A stretch of DNA of 64,000 nucleotides from Camelus dromedarius (GCF_036321535.1 NC_087447.1:39744001-39808000), one strand, 5' to 3'. Shown: positions 40,624-52,569, counted from the stretch's first letter. Notes: generated by a model from the sequence alone, not told the origin. Numbers and translations are program-made.

Positions 40624-41189
40624 TTTTTTTTGCCTTTTTTCCAAACCAGAAGCAAGAAGATTCCCAATCACTACAACCAGTCCTCCCCCTCCCTCTTGCT
40701 TCTTTCATTAATCGTTCATAGCCAAGTTTTCGATCTATACCAACTCACAACTGGCAATGAACCTTCTTTACTGCTATTTGAGGGGTGAGTTCAATACTCT
40801 GGAGACTATTTCATGGCGGAGAGGGATTTTTTGTTTGTTTAATTAACAATTTAGAGCCACTCTAATCCCAAAATGGCATCTGGCAAAAAATATAAAAATT
40901 TTTTTTAAAAAACCTTTCCCGTCAAGGCCCAATTCCAACATCACTTCTCTGCAAAGGTTTCCTCAGTCCCCAATCCTGGGCAACACAACTCTTTGGCTAT
41001 ATCACGAGCACTTACTCCAATGGGGTTTTTTCCCCTCTGTTCTGATACTACGTAAGACAACTCAGGTTCCTAAAAACTACAAATATGTACAAATGAAAAC
41101 CCCTCCCCCTTCCCAATCCACTCCCTAAAAGCAGCCCCTGTCAATAATGTATAACCTCCCAGATCCTTCTGGATAGAGATGCAGACACG

Positions 41190-41690
41190 TTTCATCAACA
41201 TTTCATCAACTCTCAGGCATCAGTGATTGTAAAATACAGCATGATTTTATTTCTAAGAAATATTGTTGTGAAACACCATGCCAGAACACCACCTCATCAC
41301 TTAGAAATCATATTTTAGACATATCGAAACTTTATCACATGTCAATCTTGTGCATACATAAAAAGGAAACTATAAGCAAACTAAACCAGGGAAGATACAC
41401 CTAAAGCATCTTCTCAGAGAGATCAGCATCCATGCCTCTACACACACTACCACCTTCTGTGCCAACGAGAGCACTGGCAACATCAAGAGCCGCCTCAGGA
41501 ATGCTCGGCAACTGGCTCTGGGATTTTCTTCCTCTCCGCTGCATTTATTCTGCAGGCGTTGATGTGTACGCAACCACATCATGCGTCATGACCATCACCT
41601 GACCAGCCATGATCGCAGGACACATCTCAGTTTTGAAAATGTTCAAATAAGGAAAAAAACTGCATCTTAGAGCTCATGAACTATGAAATA
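41190..41690. mobile_element. Possible TcMar-Tc2 (Kanga/MER104-like) element
   Basis: tttcatcaactct... at one end and ...aaaactgcatcttagagctcatgaactatg at the other resemble Tc2-type TIRs; strongly diverged. Confidence 0.45.
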
Positions 41691-44600
41691 CACAGCTTCC
41701 CCACTGGATTATGATGATCTCTTCACATGCCTGTTTCCCTTGCGAAACTGGAAACCCTGCAGAGGTGTTTTGCTGATGGCCATACACTGACTACATCTGG
41801 CCAGTCACCAAATCCCTGGCACACAGTAGTACCAGAGAATGTTTAAATGTCCAGGCGCAAGTAAGCAGCTTTAAGCAAACTGGGAGCATCGGGAAATTAA
41901 AGTGCCCGAGGTGGAAGGAAGAAAGAAGAAAGGCAAGAATGAAAAGTCAGGCATGGTTTATCAGCAAAACCATGCTCATTTCTAGGATGCTGCCAGGATC
42001 ACCCTCTCTATCCCCTCACTCTGCAATATCGAGGTGCACTATTTGAGAACCTCTATGAGCATCCGCACTACTCAAAAAGTAAAACTACCTCTGCAAGCAG
42101 CCAGGCAAGAATTAGTCCTTAAGCCCTTCATCAGTGAGCCTGGTGTTCACCTCTGTCCTCACATCTGGGAACAACTGCTACCCTCCCAAGGGGTAACAGA
42201 TGTGTGCTGAGCACGGAGAAGGTGGTTCTGCTCCTTGTATTGCTTCTCCTGCACAGAAGAGTACAACCTATTTTTGCACAGTCATACCTTTAAAACCAAC
42301 CAAAAACATCTTAGTGAATTCCATAAAGACTCAGTATATGTTCCCAGATACATCACAAAAATAGGAAAAATCCCACTTAGAGTTAGGAGGGATGGCCAAA
42401 TGTAGCCTGATTCCATCTGAAGATAAAAGTTAAAATATCTAGAGCAATAGTCCCCAATCAGAGGTGGACACCACGATGGGGTCTCTTAGAAACACAGAAA
42501 CAATGCACCTGTCTCAGTCCTCCTAGGTCCCCAGGACTGATACCCAGGCTGCGGAAAGCTCCACGGAGGCTGAGAGGTACATGGTTAGGTGGGAACCACT
42601 GGTGAGGGAGAGGCTCCTTGGGACAGGACTGGAAAAAGGCTGCCCTGGGTTTGAGTCAGATCCATCCTAAACTAGCCATGTAAAAGGATCTGTGTACTGA
42701 GAATTATAAATCCAAAAGTCAAAAGGTGGGAAAAGGTGAGGGTTGTGGAAAGTAGAATGACAGTGCTAGGGGGAGGGTGGGCGGGAAAAGGGACAGAGAG
42801 TCTAACCCTGGCTTCCCCAGTGCTGGCACATATCAGGGACACAAATGTTTGCTGAATGAGATTCACGCGGCTGATAAGCACACATTGTGCACATCATCAA
42901 ATTTCCACTAAGCTACCTACTGTGTGCAGAATCCCTGAGTTTGTTCTAACAACTCAAGGCAGGTGTCCCCCTACTGATTAACCAGCAGCAGAGTTTTCAG
43001 TTTTGCTTCAGCTTCACTGGACATCTGAGTAGACGTTCTAGAAGCACTTTCCTCCTTAAAAATTCCTAGTCATAAAGAAAGCTGCTTTTTGCCTCCAAAT
43101 CACACATAACACTTCCTCTGATTTCCGGTTACATAGATGTTAATCATTTTTGCACTTGATGATCAAGGTAAAACTCAAAGGTGGAAGGAAATTAGGGAGG
43201 CATTTTTAATGCACAACAAAACTAGAAACATTTTATTAAAATAAGAACCATATTGGTCTTATCTTTCCCAGTATTTAAAACAAAATTTTGAATTATGGGA
43301 ATATCTTGGTTCTGCCAGTATTAAAATGCTATGAAATAGCCTGTTTTCTGTTTTTCTGTCAATGAAAATACCTGATGATGTCTTCTAAGTATCCCAGATT
43401 CACGCTGGGGCTGCTGGTTCCCCCAGCTGATGTGGCTCTTTCTAACTCTAACCAGCATTGTCTCCCAAAAGCATTTAAATGAAAAGGCCGCGAAGGAGAA
43501 AGGGTTGAAAGAGATTCCACCAAAGGAAGCCTCGGCTCACAGTGGTTTCAAAGGTTTCAGAATCAGTTAGCCCCGAAGACACTCCCAGCCACGGTGATGG
43601 GCGACCTGAAAATGAAGCATATCAAAATGCTATTGATAAGCTAAATGACCAGACAGCTTATCTGAGGCCCACATCCACCATATGGTGCCCCAACTTCTGC
43701 CGCCTGTTGCTGCCACAACAATAGGCACGCCTACCCAGAAAGCACCATCGGACAGAAACCCGGCAGCAGCGGCATGCGGGGCGGCCACCGTGTTTACATT
43801 TTATTTTGTGCTATTAGCTGTGTACCTCGCCCTATCCCAGGAGTGACCTGAAGCACACACACATATTCAGGGTCAAGAATCCATGTTACCTGCAGGACAC
43901 ACGCATGCACGCTGCACGTGTGCGGGTATACATCAGGTGAGTAGAGAGAAAAGCAGATGTCAACTTCAGAAATGAAGCTGCCTGGTGGGGGAGGGCAAGC
44001 CAGGCAGACTCCCAGCTAGAGCTGCAAGCAGACAATGCGCTTTTCTCAAAACACTCCGGCGGGCGGGCAGGCGGGCCTCGGGGAGTGGCTATTTAAAACA
44101 CTTGGCTCCTTTTATTTCACCACCATGGAAGTGAATTCAGCTCTTAAGTGCCAGAGCAAATGAAGTCATTTGGTTTCCGCGGGCTCCCTTTGCATTTTAG
44201 CAGAAGTTAGACGGGACTAAAGTCGGAAGGTCCAGCTGAAGTTGTTCTTTCTTCCAATTAAAATTGATTCCACAGAGGCTTTGGCGCCTGGGTGTCATTA
44301 ACTTTTTTTTTTTTTTGGAAAGACACTAAGGTCATAGAAAATGTGAAGAACATCGGACACTGGAACGAATGCTGTCAAAGATGACTCCCTTCACAAAGTG
44401 TCATCGAGTATGACCAGATAAGGATATCACCTTCAAAAGTCTTGGCTGCTAAAAAAGATTGACAGTGATTTTTGTCAAGTGAATTCATAAGATTTCTGCA
44501 TTTCTTTCTACCTTCTACTCTCTCAAAAGACGTTCCTATCTTTGCAGAGCGTGTCACTGATGGTAATAAAATATCTATTTAGTTAGTTTACTATCAGGGA

Positions 44601-47600
44601 AAAGACTGGTTTTCAAAGAGAACTCAGCAACACATAGTATCTGGTTATGCAAAAATGCACAAGATGCGGGTTTGGATACAGTGCAAAACAAAAAAAGAAA
44701 GCCTCTTTCCTAATATGCAGATCTGGTTAACTATTACAAAAACCCACTCATGTCATCCCCCCAGTTACCCACACCTAAGCAGACAACATTCTTGGATGAA
44801 CTTTTCAAATTTTCTTAAACATTCTCAGTTTAAAAAAAAAAAATCTCCTTTCAAGTTAAAATTGAGATTGCACTTGAACTCCATCCAAGAGCGGAGCTGA
44901 ACTGAATTATGATAATTAGAAAGCTGTGCCTATAAAAAAGCAGCACAGTTCATGCATTTTTTTTAAAAAGTTCATGCCAGAGAATATAAGTTCAATATGT
45001 TCTCACATAATTAACATTTCCCACCATTAGCAGAAGTTTTTCAGTTTATATATCAGTAAAAACAACAGCACTCGCCATTGTAGTATCTTCCCCAACAATA
45101 GTGTTTCAGTCACTTTACACATACATCTAAGCCTGTCAGATGCCTCAAAGCAATGAGAATTTCCCAGTGGAGATGATGGTGGTGCTTAACTTGGTCATCG
45201 ATAAACTGGCTTCTTTTAAACCCCTTTTCCAGTGCTGAATCCTGCTCCTCAAACTAAAACTGCTAATGCAACCCTAGGACAGAGCCTTAAAAACTAATGT
45301 GAAAAAGGATTACATCAGAATAGTCAATTGGGGGGGGGGGCAGCCGGCAATAGAGCCAAGACAGAGCCTTCTTCCCTTGGCCTGCCACAAAAGTAGAAAA
45401 GACAGCCTCTTAGGAACTTCCCCCACAACCCCCCCAACCCTTACCCAATCAGAAGAGAGACCAGTGGTTTCACAGTTAGCCAGGCGGGACTCCCAGACTA
45501 CGGAAACTATTTTCTCAGAATCCTCCCAACCATGCAAAAAACCAGTGGACAAAAGGAGAACGTAAGAGCTGACAGCAACTCACCCAGTAAGAAACACCGT
45601 CCTGAAAACCCACTCTTCAGGGCATCCCATTTGCTGTGACTAAAATTAAAATACGTATTTCAAAATTCTCTTATGCTGCACCACTACAAAGCCCAAATGT
45701 ATCCAAAGAAATGGTTGGATTTCACCCATGAGTTCAAACAAGGGAGTGCCAAGGAAGCTTAATGATGACAATCTTACAGACTGAGGACTCTCAACAGTTC
45801 ACAGCTTTGAAACAAAACAACATAAAAACCCATACAAAAACACTCCAGACATTTAGATCCAAACATTCTAGCATTCCGCAAACTATCCCAGAAGAGAGAA
45901 GGCCTCAAACTTCCCTGATTTCAGATGTATTCAGTAATTGCCATACAAGAGGGTCTAAATTGGTATTTGTCAAAAAGCCCAACCCTGAAGCATTAAGCGC
46001 TAAGAATGGACCTGAATTACTTTCTATCTAGGTGACATTCTATAACCTTAGTAAACAAGAAAATAAAATATACCCCTGATATTGTTCAAATATAATTTGT
46101 GATCTAATTTAAATACCGCAGGGTAATCTGTGGCTTCTACAGATTAAATAAGAAAAGGCACGAGGCAGCTTACAGCTGAGATTACTCCAGCCATCCGTCA
46201 GTCCCCAACAGCCCAGGAGCACAGCCTAGGTCTGTCAACGGGCAGTAAGCTTACAATATAGTTTTCTGGCTGAGTTCAGAAGTAGGAATTAGCACTCTGC
46301 AGCTCAGTCACTGAACTCTAAAGAGGAAGCTGTAATGCCCACATTTATCAACAGAAAGGTGGGCTCTGGTTTCCCTGTGGTTCTACAGAGAAAGCTGGAC
46401 ATCTAGCCAGTACTTATCTTTGGAAAAAACAGATCCAAAAAGTTTTATCACTAAACAGATCGAACCTCTAAGCACTGCTTTCACTCCGCAATGTTTTCCT
46501 CTCCTTTCGCAATCTCCTTATTGGGAACAAGATAAAGTGCCTAAAATACAAGCTTAAAAGTGTTATCTACCTAACTATAAGTGAACGCGGTCATTTTACA
46601 TACATGGGGTCATACACACAGTTATTTGCACCAACGTTTTAAGTGATAAGACACCACAATTTTCATTTGCAGGCAGTATAATTGTGCTCACAATTAACAA
46701 ATAACACATGAGATTAGAAAGAGTAATGTCACTGATGTGCAAAACTCTTGTCCAACCGCCATGTATGACAGATCAATCCACTTCTGAAGCAATAAACCAT
46801 AAAATATTATTAATGGCACAGCTCATACCTTCAAAGTCTGGTCTAACATGTGGACTCTACATTCTCTGTTCCTGTTACACATTTTTCTACTGAAAATGTG
46901 ACAATAAATATGATCTAGACCCCCATGACAGACTACAAGTATATGCCTCCAAGTTTTCCCATTAATAAATGTCCTCTTATACTTGCTGTCCTGTATTGTC
47001 AGAGCCAACAAAATTCAAAATTGTTTATAAATGACTGAATTCCAAGCAGCAAAAAATCCAAACATTGTTTTCCTAATGACTTGCTTGTCCTTTTTCTTAA
47101 AAAAAAAAAAAAAAATGGGGGGTACCAGTGCCCAAAGTGAGTATATGAATATGTAATTCTTGCTATATAAAGCAAAAGAAGGGGTGAGAGGCAGAGGGGA
47201 AGGGAGAAGAAAGCTGACTTTCCCCAGGCTTCCCCCCACACCCTGCCCTTAGGTGTAATTAGTTTGCTGCTGGGGCCTAGGCACACACTGTACCACCTCT
47301 CCATGAAAAATTCAGTTCAGTCTGGCTCAAACTAAGTTAGCATGCCCTCCTTCTTTAAATTAAATTTCATTAAGTATATGCCATGATGAGTCCTGGTTTA
47401 TGTTTTGGGGAAAGAAGAGGGGAAAAAAAGCTGTCAGGCATGTTCCCTGGATGGAGTTATATTTGTCAACTTTATAAAAGATCACACCGAGTTAGAATCT
47501 ACACAAAAATTATTTAATTTTTCACTCTTACTGTCAAGGCAAAGTATCATATTGATTTTGTTTCAAACTTGGAAAGAGAAAAAAAAAAGGAAAGAAACAA

Positions 47601-49049
47601 AAAAGTACTCTGATATTCTCCTAAAAGTGCAAATCAAATAATACCTATCTTTAAATTAAAAATAAAATGGTCTATATTGGCACTTTCATATCATCGGCAA
47701 GAACCAGTAATGGATACAGCTTATCAGTTCATTTTTTTTACACCAATAACAAATAAAAGAACTGTAAATGCTGTTTAAAACCTGAAACCTGAGAGTCCAA
47801 CACAGAGTTGCACAAAGAAATACTAAACAAAAATATCTGTGACCATTTATGGAAATAGTGAGATTAGAAAAATAAGCCTTTCTTCCCCAAAATAATCAAC
47901 AATTCAAAACCTCACTGTTGACAAAGGTTCAACTAATCCATCTGTCTTTCCTGAGTCTTTTTGTAATTAGTTCTACTATTTCCTTCTAAAGAGGGAAGAT
48001 TCTTACCAAAGTTGGATCTAAGTCTAGCCCTTACAAGCATTCAGATGTGCTTAGGCCCAAAGATCCTGCTACTTACAGAAGGGCACAAACCCAAGAGTGA
48101 AAGGACGAAGCACTGCGCACAGCTAAGGTCTGTTCCCCAACCACGACCTCACAGTACCCAGGCAGAGAAGCCCCCGTACATAAGACATCAGCCAACATTC
48201 ACTGCAAGCCGCAGAGAATAAAGCCCACTCCCTGCTCTGACAATGCAGCCAGATCACGGTTTCCCAAACAGATTGTCTATTCAGGTAACCACCTGCAGGC
48301 ACCCAGCTCACAACAAGCGATCAGACCACCTGAACTTCCAGAAACAATCAAGGCGAAGGGCGGGGAGAAGGAAACCTGTGGTTGTCATGAACGGATAGTG
48401 TTCTGCTCCTTCGCAAAATCTGCAGCATTTTTAATACATTTTTTTAAACTATTTTGAAATATGATAGGTTTGCAGACCTTTCTGTCGCAGGACCTGGGCT
48501 TCCTCTAAGACACTGTCTTTAAAACACGGCCTTTTTACATTACCCACTCCTGGAACATCATCTGTCTCTAAGTTTCCAGGGCTTACTGAGGTCAATTTTC
48601 ATTTCTGCAAATCACAGGCAGCCACTTGCTTCTGAGAAGTTAACAAGCCTCCTGAGAAATGCTGGTGGCTGGTATTTCATTGTTTCATAAATATTTTTAT
48701 ACAGTGACACTACTCAACTTTAAATAAATCTTTAAAAAGAATTTAAAAGCAAAGGAAATTATTATCTGCATTTTATTTATTTTCTTGGTAGGAAAATAAG
48801 GGAGGTGTGAGGCCTCCATTGTGTTCAACTCATTTAAAATGTTGCTTCAGTTTTAAAAATTAGAAACACACTAAAAGAAAAAAAAAGGAAACTCATAGAA
48901 GTTGAACTTTCTTTAAAGTGGGCCTCTGGACTTTAGAACAAAACAAATGTTGCTGCTACGAACAAAGACTAGAAATGCACCCTGATTTTCTCCCCTCCTG
49001 GGGATCATTTCTCTTCCGATAAACAAACAAATCCGCCAGTATTTCCTAC

Positions 49050-49196
49050 CGAAGGGAAGTTTTCCAGGGAGAGTCTCCTCCAGGGTTTGGTGGTAACTGC
49101 GACTCAGTCTTTTTTGGACACAATGTTTCTGCTGACTCCTGAAAATTTTCCACTTGAATGTGCAATGAAGCGGCGGCGGCGGCGGCAGCAACAGTC
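49050..49196 (-). other. TEAD1: TEAD1 exon 2 (5' UTR, 147 nt)
   Basis: Acceptor TCTTTGCCGCTTCTCCAG|GACTG and donor TCG|GTAGGA; contains a short (GCC)5 run; no AUG. Confidence 0.88.
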
Positions 49197-49795
49197 CTGG
49201 AGAAGCGGCAAAGACGACCGTGCTTCCTTTCATCTTTGAGAAGAAGGAGCTACACCCCTGCCAGCAGCACAAGTCGGCGCAGACCCCGGGCTGGCCTCGG
49301 GGGGCCCCGACGCCTGGGGCGGCCGGGCAGGCGCGGTGGGGGGGTCCGGCCGGCTTCGGGCTCCCAGGCGGCGCCGGCGGCTCTCCCAGCCAGCGCTCGC
49401 TCCGAACTTCTGACTTCTCCGAGAAAAACGTGGAAACTGCCCGAGGGTGTGTGCGTGTGCGCGCGGGCAGGCGGACGGACGCGAGAGGGGGGCGCGGGGG
49501 GCGCGGCGCGGCCCGCCCGGCGCCTCTAGGGCCGCCGGCCGGGCCGCCTGTTGCCGCGCGGGCTCCGCAGCGCGCGGCCCAACTTGGCGTCCCGGCAACT
49601 CGCGCGGCGGCGCCTGGCCGCTCACCTTGAAGGGGCGCAGGGAGGCGGGCGCGGGGGCCCGGCCCCGGCCCTCCGCGTGCCCGCTCGCCCGCCCGCCGCA
49701 CACAAAGCAGAGCCTGGAGAGAGCAGTCGGAGCCGGACGCCACCGGCCCCCCGCACGCCCCCCGCACCCAGCATCAGCCCCGCGCGCCAACTTAC

Positions 49796-50212
49796 CTCGG
49801 CGAAGGGAGCCGCCGCAGCGCCCGGCGAGTCCGAGACAAACTTCGGCGCCGCTTCCCCCGCCCTCAGCTCGGAGCCCGGCTCCCTCCCCGGCTCCCGGTC
49901 CCCGGGCTGGGCTACCCCACCCCTGCCTAGCACCGCTTCTGCCCCGGGGCCGGCTGGGCGTACTGGGCTGCTGCCCGCGGCTCCGGGCAAAGGTGGACGG
50001 GGTGGGGGGGCTTCACTGCATGGCCTGTCCCTGGACGCGGCCGCCCCGGGCCCGGGCCCCGCCTCGCAGACTGGCCCGCAGGGTGGAAGCGAGTCTGCAA
50101 AGTGCTTGGTGGGCGCCCGCGGCGGGCGGCGGGGCCGCGGCGGCGGCTGCAGAGGCTCGGCTCGGCTCGGGCGGCGCGGCACGGCGCGAGCGATGCTAAG
50201 AATGTTCGGAAT
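49796..50212 (-). other. TEAD1: TEAD1 exon 1 (5' UTR, ~417 nt)
   Basis: Ends at consensus donor GAG|GTAAGT (plus acttac at 49790-49795); 5' end placed at the Inr-like TCATTCC, so approximate. Confidence 0.85.
50013..50021 (-). other. Minimal upstream ORF AUG-CAG-UGA in exon 1
   Basis: Plus tcactgcat = minus GGCC ATG CAG TGA; only AUG seen in exons 1-2. Confidence 0.75.
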
Positions 50213-50420
50213 GAGGACAGGAATGAAATGAACGCCAGGACCGAACTCGCTCCGGAGGGGTGGGGCCTCGGTGACGTCATGCAGCCTGCCGCCCGGGGCC
50301 GGAGGCGGGGCCTGCCGCCGCCGGTGACGTCATGGGGATTCGGGGCGGGCCGGGTCCGGCCGCCTAGCCGTTGGGGCGCGGGCTCCCCCCGGAGGGGCCG
50401 CGGGGCGGAGTCTCGCGCCC
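50199..50420 (-). promoter_or_regulatory. TATA-less proximal promoter with Inr/MCAT repeats, two CREs and GC boxes
   Basis: GGAATG at 50208 and 50220, AGAATG at 50199; TGACGTCA at 50272-50279 and 50325-50332; GC/GT boxes near 50257, 50302, 50342, 50402; no TATA at -30. Confidence 0.8.
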
Positions 50421-52569
50421 ACGGGGGAGCGAGGCGCGCGCGGGAGCCGCCCTGCCCTCTCCCGGCGCGGGCTCCGGGCTTTGTCCCGAGCTGGGCGGGG
50501 CGGACAGGAGGGGAGGGCGCCTCGGAGGTGCATGCGCCGCACGGAGAACTCTGGAAGCCTGGGTTCCCTCCTTAGGGCCGGCGCCGAGGCTAGAGCTGAG
50601 CGCGCCTCGCCTCCCCTGCCTCAGTTTCCCTCCGGGGCGCGGGAGCTCGGGTGGCTGCTTAGAGCGCCCATGGACTCGCGAAAGTTGTAAGTGTGGGGAA
50701 GAGAAGTTTCTCCTCTGGAAATTCGTGGTGGTGTTCTCAAGCGCGGTGGACGCCTTCCCGGGGCCGAATTCCCAGCCTGCCATGTCTTCCCCTCTTTTTC
50801 ACTTTATAAAAAGTTCAGGGCTCTCATTCAAGTCGAAGTCGGCCCTCCTGTTGGAAAGGGAAACCTTTAACATAGCAGAGAAAGAATAATTGCAGAGTTC
50901 GTAATAATCCTGCCCTGCTAGCACGGTCTCCAAGTCGCTCAAGAAAGTAAGTTCACTCATCCTTGCGGGTTGTCCTTTTCGAAAGTAATGGGTCAGGTAA
51001 AAACTCCCTAAATTTTTAATTCCTACACCCGGCAACTTCACGTCAGTCCTTTTTTTTTTTTTTTTTTTTTAATGGTGAGTAAACTTAACTCCCACAATAA
51101 AATAATAACTTTAACCTTACCTTTGGAGATATTGACGCCAAAGTGACATAGTAGACCCAGTGGGTAAATCAGAAAACAGCTGGATAAAGCAGACGCAATG
51201 GCAGTACTGTATATAAAGTTTTGGGTAATTTTACTCGGCAGTTTCACTTAGATCAAAGTAGCAGAGCAATTCCTGTAGTGTTGACCTCTTTCTTTGGAGC
51301 ACTTTGCTCTCCTTTCCAGTTGAGGCCCCCGAAAAAAACTATTGCACCTGTTTTCTGTGCCCCAGAAATCCCCTAAGTATGGGTAACTGAGTGAAGTGTA
51401 ATATGACTCGAGACAGCACATTTTCTACAAAGCAAAACTTTTACTAATGCATTTTAATTGAAATTTTTTGTTGGGAGAATTGAATATTCATATGCAGTTG
51501 AAAAAAAAATACCAGTACAGAGAAATCCTTTGTCCACTGTGCGCATGTCTCACTAATGGTAATGTCTTAACTATAACGTCACAATCCGATTATTGACATT
51601 GATACAATCCACCACATCTTGTTCACATTTCCCCAGTCTTCCTTGTACTCATTTGTGTGTACTGTGTACAGCTCTATACAGTTTTCTCGCTGATGTAGAT
51701 ATCCACTGCCATGGTCAGGTATTGATGCATTTTATCTCTAGTTTGTGTACAATAATAAGGCAGTATAGTGAGGCTCAGACTAATGACTAGCCACCTTAAC
51801 ACTGGTTTTTAGAAATTTGTTAGGAAAACACAAAATTAAATTTGGTATCAAAACTATCCTGGGTATCTCTCTCCAAATACCATCTTCTAAATGCATCAGA
51901 TAAAGACTGGTGGCAGTGCCAGACGGTAGGGTTTCTAAATCACTATCTGTTAGCCCAGTACACCTTTCAGGCACTAGCTCCCAGCTCACAGCCACCTGGC
52001 CATATGAAGTCTCTCAATCCTTACTGAATTAAGGAAAAATTCCTTGGCCTGGATTTCAAAGTTCTTCATGACATACTGTGGCTTCTGACCAGTATTTTCT
52101 CCCATCTACATGCATATTTTTGAGACTAATCTTAAAAACTTTTTCTTCCAGGAAGACTGCTCACAAAGATATTTTCTCCCCAGGACTTTGTTTTCCATAG
52201 TGGCTGTACCAATTTACAATCTCACCAACAGTCTTCCTTCCTAGGACCCTCAAAACTGCTTGCTCCAGACATACTACTTACATTCTGTTAGTTACCAGCA
52301 TACTAGGATGCCCATATCTGACCCTCTAGAAAGTAGACTGGGTCTCATTCAGCTACGTGTACACTGCCCAGGACCGACACATAAGTGAGAGTAACTTTCA
52401 TGGTCTCTCTACCCTAACTTCCAAATATTCTCACTCTTCTCAGCCACCCATTGGTCCGTACAGAGAAGCTAAGAGTTTAAGGCCTGGGAGCTATTCATCT
52501 ACATCATCTGAGGGCAGGAACACTAGCTGCCACCTGCTAAAATGACAACAACTACTACCATGTACTACA

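Larger units (their letters stand above)
1..50212 (-). other. TEAD1: TEAD1 gene, 5' part (exons 1-2, intron 1 and part of intron 2); continues beyond position 1
   Basis: Minus-strand text ATTCCGAACATTCTTAGCATCGCTCG...CACCAAGCACTTTGCAGACTCGCTTCCACC...GACTGTTGCTGCCGCC...CACATTCAAGTGGAAAATTTTCAGGAGTCAGCAGAAACATTGTGTCC matches the TEAD1 5' UTR as I recall it from human; canonical splice sites join the two blocks. Recognition from memory, not BLAST. Confidence 0.9.
49165..50770. promoter_or_regulatory. CpG island covering the TEAD1 promoter, exon 1 and intron 1
   Basis: About 1.6 kb of very GC-rich, CpG-dense sequence sharply bounded by AT-rich DNA. Confidence 0.95.

Noticed and set aside
1790..42660. 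Scattered single AP-1 (TGASTCA), STAT-like and CATTCC motifs
   Set aside because: Short motifs at about chance frequency; not interpretable without conservation or ChIP data.
1..49049. TEAD1 coding exons
   Set aside because: No TEA-domain-like peptide in any listed frame; the first coding exon should lie beyond position 1.
48913..50889. Many overlapping 120-284 aa ORFs on both strands
   Set aside because: Arg/Pro/Gly/Ala-rich products of stop-poor CpG-island DNA, several with non-AUG starts; they cross the TEAD1 splice sites and show no recognisable domain.
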